DNA of 64,000 nt. Origin: Candidatus Poribacteria bacterium. GTDB lineage: Bacteria > Poribacteria > WGA-4E > GCA-2687025. This document shows positions 58,601 through 64,000 of the stretch, in pieces (the stretch's first letter is position 1; each line of letters opens with the position of its first letter). A program made the translations under genes and the position numbers. The stretch covers positions 960,001 to 1,024,000 of the forward strand of contig OY762492.1 in the NCBI GenBank assembly GCA_963665845.2. Direction: 5' to 3'. The notes beneath the pieces were generated by a model, which saw nothing but the letters and a program-made list of their open reading frames with translations, had not been told where the DNA came from and made no database searches.

Positions 58601-60181
58601 GGGGATCGTCCCGCCGGACATATATAATGTCTGCGCAGCCCCTGGACGCGCGGACGCCTCATTTTCAATGCGGTCGATAGAGACGCGCGGGTTCAGCTCG
58701 CGCACGCGCGTGTCGGCGTATCGCCCCGCCAGCATGTTCAAAACCGCGTCGAACGGCTCCCGCTCCAGGTTCCAAAACGGATGCGCCGACCGCAAAAAAT
58801 GGTACATCTCGTCGATGTCCCACGTCTCCATCGCCGTCATCGAAACGATCGTCTGCGCGAGAACATCCAGCGGCGACTGTATCGGCTTCGTTTCTTTGAT
58901 GCAGCCTTCCAGCGCCGCCTTTGCCAGAACGGCGGCGTTGATAAAATCGCGCCCATGGGTTGGAAAAACGGCGGCGCGGCTTGTTTCGCCCACCTGATGC
59001 CCCGCCCGTCCGATGCGCTGTATCGCGGAGGAGATCGACTGCGGCGATTGAATCAACCCGACCTCGTCCAAGGCGCCGACGTCGATGCCCATCTCCAGCG
59101 AGCTGGTCGCCACGATCGCTTTCAGCTCGCCCTCTTTCAGTTTGCGCTCCACCGTTTCGCGCATTTCACGGGCGAGCGATCCATGGTGCGAATACGCGAT
59201 CGGCTCCTCCTCAAAGGCGTTCAGCCCCAGTGTGATGCGCTCGCACAGGCGGCGGCTATTTGTGAAAAAGAGCGTTGAATTGTTCTGATGAATCATCCGT
59301 CGGAACTCGTTGATGAACGGGTCCCAAAACTCTTCGTCAGTATGTTCGCCGCCGTATCCATGATCGGGTCGGCGCGGAAAGCGTACCGAGATGTCGTATT
59401 TCTTTTCGGCGGAGGAACGGACAATCTCCACTGGACGCGGCTCGTAGACGGGGTCTTTGAGGCTGCCGACTCCGTCCGACGAATAGAGGCGCCCGCCGAC
59501 AAACTCCGCGACGACGCTCAACGGCTCCGCTGTCGCCGACAGCGCGATGCGTTGAAACTCCCCCGCAAGCCTGGCGAGCCGTTCCACGGCGGCAATGAGG
59601 TGAACGCCGCGCTTCGTCCCCGCCGTCGCATGAATCTCATCCAAGATGACCGTTTCGACGGTTGAAAGGAGACCGCGCCCGCTGTGCGAGCTGAGCAGCA
59701 GGTTCAAGCTTTCAGGCGTTGTGATCAGTATTTCGGGCGGCGTTCGGATCATGCGCCGGCGCTCGGAACTGGTGGTGTCGCCGCTGCGCGTCGCGGCGCG
59801 TATGTTCGGAAATGGAACGGCGGCGGCGGCAAAATAGTCCGCCAGTTCCCGCAGAGGGCGGGTCAAGTTGCGCCGTATGTCGTTGTTGAGCGCTTTGAGC
59901 GGCGAGACGTACAGAACGCGCGTAAGACCCGTTTCAAGCCGCCCTTCGATCAGCTGGTTGATCGCCCATAGAAACGCGGTGAGCGTTTTACCGCTGCCGG
60001 TCGGCGCGGAGACGAGAACATGGCGCCCGTCCGCGATGATCGGCCATGCCTGCCGCTGCGCGTCGGTCGGCGTTCCGATCTGCTCCTGGAACCAGTCTTG
60101 GACGATGGGATGGAACCGATCCAGCGAGTTGTTTGGCATGCCGCGTTCGTCGTCCCGTTCGTTGTCCCGTTCGTTGTCCAC
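55670..60181 (-). CDS. lhr: Long-form Lhr ATP-dependent helicase
   Basis: APTGSGKT, YVSPLKALNND, DEIH, HHGSL, QRIGRAGH, LLDRYGILFRE. Start may be 60139. Confidence 0.92.
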   Translation of the reverse strand: MDNERDNERDDERGMPNNSLDRFHPIVQDWFQEQIGTPTDAQRQAWPIIADGRHVLVSAPTGSGKTLTAFLWAINQLIEGRLETGLTRVLYVSPLKALNNDIRRNLTRPLRELADYFAAAAVPFPNIRAATRSGDTTSSERRRMIRTPPEILITTPESLNLLLSSHSGRGLLSTVETVILDEIHATAGTKRGVHLIAAVERLARLAGEFQRIALSATAEPLSVVAEFVGGRLYSSDGVGSLKDPVYEPRPVEIVRSSAEKKYDISVRFPRRPDHGYGGEHTDEEFWDPFINEFRRMIHQNNSTLFFTNSRRLCERITLGLNAFEEEPIAYSHHGSLAREMRETVERKLKEGELKAIVATSSLEMGIDVGALDEVGLIQSPQSISSAIQRIGRAGHQVGETSRAAVFPTHGRDFINAAVLAKAALEGCIKETKPIQSPLDVLAQTIVSMTAMETWDIDEMYHFLRSAHPFWNLEREPFDAVLNMLAGRYADTRVRELNPRVSIDRIENEASARPGAAQTLYMSGGTIPDRGYFHLRHHGTGSRIGELDEEFVWERDEGAVFTLGAQSWKIERITNNDVFVSPAQGRADDMPFWRSEKINRDFHFSEQIGEFLERANESLEQDDFLDQLQNEYAMEEEAAEALLELLIQQKKAAGELPHRRHLLIERVEVGVKDSPVEQTILHTLWGSRVNRPLAMALDAAFEEAVGQRLEAYAENDCVVLLAPFRMDAEELIGLVNADAVEPLLRKRLEGSGFFGARFRECAGRALLVTRGRIGQRMPLWLTRLRSKKLMESVKKYDDFPILLETWRTCLQDEFDMDTLKKLLKELETGRIRWTETKTAHGSPFAQTTAWRQISDHYMYAGDEPTGSEKSNLRGDLLAQVVFTPGLRPGIPREIVEPYEAKLQRIAPGYAPDNARGLVDWTKERGVIPLDEWNRLLAQMREEGVEAHTAASSAAEKLTRIRDLIAPLEQAEALADALYPKEETPLTPIVEGTPPPRLPRDDSEREEKDADQFFVSALGNWAQFYGPFTEEFARRSLGVSRRRLNFGLQTLLDDETLIAGQLIADDPNEYLCDGQNFETLLRIARAGSSPVFEPLPFEQLGLFLAEMQGLTNPSEGEDGLFQAVEQLFAFPARADLWETEIFPARVSDYRPAYLDALMQEERLRWIGFEGRKAAFAHEEDFDLALPNEPTGAENGAAEQAESWFTDPNGKYDFAALMRNSGMTASPFTEALWGAVWSGKIGNDAFSALRKGVEGRFRAPAVEEVRPALSHRRRRRYLQRKRAAVLPGAWSLLPAPTPPADIVEAEERNKERVRALLDRYGILFRELLKRELPHFQWGSVFRALRIMELAGEVYAGAFFHGIPGLQFISKRAFQRLKAPLNDDAVYWLNATDPASLCGLQLEAARGLLPRREPSAHLTYHGARLVLESRRQGKALEIHVPPDDARLDRYLAPIERLLTRSAQPLPRIVVETVNGVQAAKSPYVEAFRRRFDAAVDYETVALHRKYE

Positions 60182-60194
60182 TGTCCGCCGCCCG

Positions 60195-61598
60195 TCATTT
60201 TCCGATGCAGAATTGCGAGAAGATGCGGTCTAAGATGTCGTCCGCCGCCGTTTCGCCGACAATTAGCCCAAGCGAATGCAGCGCGCCGCGCAGATCAACC
60301 GCCGTGAACTCCAGCGACGCTCCGCCGCGCAGGCTTTCCGCCGCCAATTCAACCGAACGGAGCGCCTCCTCAAGCGCATGCATGTGGCGCAAATTTGTCA
60401 CAAGCGGCGGCTGGGCGCTGAAGGCGTTCGTCCCAAACAGAAGCCGCGACGCCGTCTCCGCCAGCTGTTCAACGCCCTCTCCCGTCAACGCGCAGGTTTC
60501 CGCTGTCGGCGCGTCTATCTCCAGATCGTCCGCGTTCCACGCCGCCGGCAAATCCGCCTTGTTGAGCGCCGCCATGCGCGTTCTTCCTTTTGAGAGCCGC
60601 ATCAACCGCCGGTCGTTTTCATCCAGCGGCTGCGACATATCCAGAACAAGAATGACAAGATCGGCTGTTGCAAGCCGCTCCTCGGACCGCTTGACCCCCT
60701 CCCGCTCCACGATGTCGTCGGCGTCGCGGATGCCCGCCGTGTCGACCAGAAGAGTCGGCGCGCCCTGCAGATCGATATACTCTTCGATCAGGTCGCGCGT
60801 TGTGCCGGGCGCGTCCGTAACAATGGACCGGTCGCGCTGCAGCAGCTGATTCATGAGGCTCGATTTGCCGACATTCGGCTTGCCGACAATCGCCGCGGAG
60901 GCTCCGTCGCGCAGTCGGCGTCCGCGGTCGCCGTCGCGTAACAGCGCGCGCAGCCGTTTCGCCGAGGCGCGCAGGTTCGACTCCAGCCGTTCGGTCGGGA
61001 TGAAGTCCAGGTCGTCATCTTCAGGGAAGTCGATGCGCGCCTCCACTTCGGCGAGGACATCGACAATCGTTTCCTTTGCGTCGCGTATTTTGTCCGAAAG
61101 CGCGCCGCGCAGCTGCTGGGCGGCGGCGGCTCCGCTCGCTTCGGTTTTCGCGTGAATCAGGTCGGCGACCGCTTCCGCCTGCGCCAGGTCCATTTTTCCG
61201 TTTAAAAAGGCGCGGCGGGTGAATTCGCCCGGCTCGGCGAGGCGCGCGCCGTTCTCCAAAAGCAGACGCATCGCCCCGTTCAACGGCGCGTAACCGCCAT
61301 GCAGATGCAGCTCCACCATCTCTTCGCCGGTGTAGGTTTTGGGCGGACGAAAATAGGCGGCGAGCGCCTGGTCTATCGGGGCGTCGGCGCCGCGCGCGTT
61401 TTCAAGGCAGCCGAGAGTGAACGCATGGCTCCGCTTCGGCTCATAGACGGGGCGGCGCATCGGGCGAAAAATGCGCTGCACAACCTGGAGGGCGCCGCGC
61501 CCGCTGACTCGAATGACGCCGATAGCCGCCTCGCCGCGCGCCGTGGCGACCGCCGCAATCACATCCTCCATGCGGTTCGCTCCGCCCGCAACGCTCAC
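60195..61598 (-). CDS. mnmE: tRNA modification GTPase
   Basis: GKPNVGKSS, GTTRD, DTAG, NKAD, FCIGK. Start may be 61571. Confidence 0.97.
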   Translation of the reverse strand: MSVAGGANRMEDVIAAVATARGEAAIGVIRVSGRGALQVVQRIFRPMRRPVYEPKRSHAFTLGCLENARGADAPIDQALAAYFRPPKTYTGEEMVELHLHGGYAPLNGAMRLLLENGARLAEPGEFTRRAFLNGKMDLAQAEAVADLIHAKTEASGAAAAQQLRGALSDKIRDAKETIVDVLAEVEARIDFPEDDDLDFIPTERLESNLRASAKRLRALLRDGDRGRRLRDGASAAIVGKPNVGKSSLMNQLLQRDRSIVTDAPGTTRDLIEEYIDLQGAPTLLVDTAGIRDADDIVEREGVKRSEERLATADLVILVLDMSQPLDENDRRLMRLSKGRTRMAALNKADLPAAWNADDLEIDAPTAETCALTGEGVEQLAETASRLLFGTNAFSAQPPLVTNLRHMHALEEALRSVELAAESLRGGASLEFTAVDLRGALHSLGLIVGETAADDILDRIFSQFCIGK

Positions 61599-62359
61599 GA
61601 ATCTGGAACATAGCGGTCTTTCGGCGCGACGACGACAGCCCGCCCCTGCCCAACATTTCGGCTAAACGTCCGCACATCCTCGTCTTCGCTCAACGCGATA
61701 TGCACCGTGCGGCGGTCGCGCGGACTCATCGGCTCCAGCTCCACCTCGCGCCCTGTCGCGCGCGCTCTTCGGGCGAGCTGATGCGCCATCTCAATGAGCA
61801 TATCTTCCCGCTTTTCCCGATACTGCCCCGCGTTGACGACGATCCGCCGCCGCTCCGAATCGCTGGACGCGCGGCGTACCATCCCGTTCACGAGGTATTG
61901 AAGCGCGTCCAGCGTCCGTCCATGCCGTCCTATCAGAATCGCGGCGTCCGGCGTTTCTAAGGTGAGATGCGTTTCATCGTCCCGGTCGTCCACATAGATT
62001 TCCGCGTCGATTCCCATAAGGTACACAATCTGGTCAAGCATCTCTTCGGGGAGTATCTCTTCGCGCCGTTCAATGGAGACGCGGACGCGCGCCGGCCTTG
62101 AGGGCAGGTTTCCGCCGAGGCCGACAAGCCCCTGCGCGCCTTCCGAGAGTATCTGTACCGTTATATCTTCCAGTTCAACTCCCAGCTGCTCGGCGGCTGT
62201 CTCCTGAATGCCCTGAAACGTGTCGTCGGTCAAGGCGTCTGGATCGACGCCGAGCTGTTCAAAGGCGAGCGTCAAAGCCTCTTCTTTGGAGTCCGCCTCC
62301 GCTTCCGCGGAAGCCGCGCCGCCGGGGTTCATGTTTGCGTCCATTTGGCATCCTTTCAT
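61595..62359 (-). CDS. jag: RNA-binding protein Jag/EloR (KH + R3H)
   Basis: LIGRHGRTLDALQYL, LEPMSPRDRRTVH. Lies between yidC and mnmE. Confidence 0.93.
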   Translation of the reverse strand: MKGCQMDANMNPGGAASAEAEADSKEEALTLAFEQLGVDPDALTDDTFQGIQETAAEQLGVELEDITVQILSEGAQGLVGLGGNLPSRPARVRVSIERREEILPEEMLDQIVYLMGIDAEIYVDDRDDETHLTLETPDAAILIGRHGRTLDALQYLVNGMVRRASSDSERRRIVVNAGQYREKREDMLIEMAHQLARRARATGREVELEPMSPRDRRTVHIALSEDEDVRTFSRNVGQGRAVVVAPKDRYVPDS

Positions 62360-62372
62360 GCATGATCGTAAA

Positions 62373-64000
62373 TTATCTTAGAAGCGAGGGGCGGGCGGGC
62401 GTTCGGCGCCGGCGCTGTTTTTTCTTCCGCTCCATGCGCGCTCTTCGTTCCAGGTCTGCCGGGGTGAGCTGCTCCTCTTCCTCCTGCTTGCCGAACTTGC
62501 CCACCAAAAATTGCATCCCGACGCCCAGAAGAGTGCTTGCCCCCCAATACAGATTCAGTCCGGAAGCCCAGTTGTAAAACAGGAAAAAGAAGATGAGCGG
62601 CATCAGATACATCATCATCTTCTGCTGTTTTCCGCCCATGGGAGAGGCGGACGGAAGCATGCGCTGTTGAAGCAGGGTGCCGACCGTCATCAAGATCGGC
62701 AACGCGCGAATCGGCAGACCGAAGATGGAAAACATCATATCCGGAGCCGTCAGGTCGTCGATCCAGAGCATAAACGGCTCGCCCCGAAGCTCCGCTGAAT
62801 TTTGCAGCATCGTGAACATGGCAAAAAAGATCGGCATCTGCGGCAGCATCATGAGGCAGCCCCACATCCCGCTCATCGGATTGACGCCGTATTTGCGGAA
62901 CACCTTCATCGTTTCCACCTGCATGCGCTGCGGGTCGGCGCTGTATTTTTGCCGTACCTCATCCACCATCGGTTGAATGATCTTCATATGGCTCTGCGAT
63001 TTTTTCATCGCTTCGCTGCTCTTCTTCGTGAGCGGGTACATCGCCAGCCGTACCAGAATGGTGAGTATGATGATGGCGACGCCGTAGTTTCTGAACAGCA
63101 TATGGAACAGCTTGAGAAGCCAGAGCAGCCCCTTCGCCAGCGGGCCGGTGAAACCGAAGTTGACCAGCTGATTCAGCTGCGCAGGCTCGCCGTCCGCGAG
63201 AACGACATCTTTCAGAAGCTCCGTATGTTTCGGTCCGGCGTAGATGCGGAACCGATCTTTGAGCCGCCGCCCTTCAGGCAGCTGAAAGCCGTCCGCCGAG
63301 AGGCGCGCGCCGGTCAGCAGGCTCTGCGCGTCGCCGTATTCGGCGTAGATGCGTTTCAGGTTCTCTTCCGACTTGCGCCCGTCCCCTTTGCGCGCCGCCT
63401 TTTCAATGTCCGCGTTCATCTGGCGCGTTCCGGTCGGTATCAATAGCAGGTGGGTCGGTTTCTTCTGCCCAAAATGCGCCTCGTCCACAAGCCATTCTTT
63501 TCCGATCTCCATCAACAGCCGATGCCGATCCGGCTCCCGCGGGAAGTCGAGCGGGAAGGCGTCGTATTCGCTAAAGTGAATGTAACGACTCGTTTCGCCG
63601 TCCGCGCCGAGTCCGCCTCCGATCAGCGCGGCGATGAAATACTTGCTGTGTATCGCGCTCCAGATCGTTTCGCGCTGTTCCGCTGCGTCGGCGGGGGAGC
63701 CGTCTTTGTTCTGCGGCCCCGGCTCCGTCAACATATGATCGCGCAGCTCCGTGAACCCGTCCAGCGGTCCGACCCAATGCATCCCCCCGACAATTCCATA
63801 TTCGTTTGTCGGCGGTTCTCTGTCCATGGCGATGCCGGGACCCCAGCGCAGCTCATAGCCGCCGGCGAGTACATCCTCCGGCGCGCCTTTGTTGTGAAAC
63901 TCGACGGAGACGTCAATAGCGTAGCCGCGCCACGCCCCCTCGGAACCAGCCCGCAGCGCGTCTTCGGAAACGCCTGTAAAGCTGAAGGTTTTGACAATTT
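62373..64000 (-). CDS. yidC: Membrane protein insertase (5' part outside window)
   Basis: SKYF, YAGPK, NYGVAIIILTILVR, QMPIFF, WIDDLTAPD, SGLNLYW. Confidence 0.93.
   Translation of the reverse strand, partial: IVKTFSFTGVSEDALRAGSEGAWRGYAIDVSVEFHNKGAPEDVLAGGYELRWGPGIAMDREPPTNEYGIVGGMHWVGPLDGFTELRDHMLTEPGPQNKDGSPADAAEQRETIWSAIHSKYFIAALIGGGLGADGETSRYIHFSEYDAFPLDFPREPDRHRLLMEIGKEWLVDEAHFGQKKPTHLLLIPTGTRQMNADIEKAARKGDGRKSEENLKRIYAEYGDAQSLLTGARLSADGFQLPEGRRLKDRFRIYAGPKHTELLKDVVLADGEPAQLNQLVNFGFTGPLAKGLLWLLKLFHMLFRNYGVAIIILTILVRLAMYPLTKKSSEAMKKSQSHMKIIQPMVDEVRQKYSADPQRMQVETMKVFRKYGVNPMSGMWGCLMMLPQMPIFFAMFTMLQNSAELRGEPFMLWIDDLTAPDMMFSIFGLPIRALPILMTVGTLLQQRMLPSASPMGGKQQKMMMYLMPLIFFFLFYNWASGLNLYWGASTLLGVGMQFLVGKFGKQEEEEQLTPADLERRARMERKKKQRRRRTPARPSLLR

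Overview
GC-rich bacterial chromosomal segment, most likely from Candidatus Poribacteria. This is an inference from the WD40 proteins with an 'LLQNYPNPFNPETWIPF' tail, LamG and TolB-like proteins ending in 'V(E/D)PAGK..QW..(I/L)(K/R)', two PhyH dioxygenases and a sulfatase. About 55 CDSs are present. Housekeeping genes include eda, iscS-thiI, uppS, fur, def, ppdK, uppP, lhr, mnmE, jag and yidC. Less ordinary items are: a stand-alone Pup/UBact-type ligase (pafA); four tandem 7Fe ferredoxins; a lipoprotein made of three glutathione-peroxidase domains; a 3-kb accessory islet (MTase-HNH fusion, ParB/Srx-like gene, coiled-coil membrane protein, duplicated 3' end of a GT9 gene); a pseudo-trypsin-WD40 fusion; a large HEAT-repeat lipoprotein; and a two-HTH/(EP)n/coiled-coil protein. 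Intergenic regions hold a modular family of REP-like palindromes, some nested in each other and some inside a MITE with ~26-bp CTGAC terminal inverted repeats. No tRNA, rRNA, CRISPR array, transposase or integrase was recognised. All calls come from reading motifs by eye; no database searches were run.
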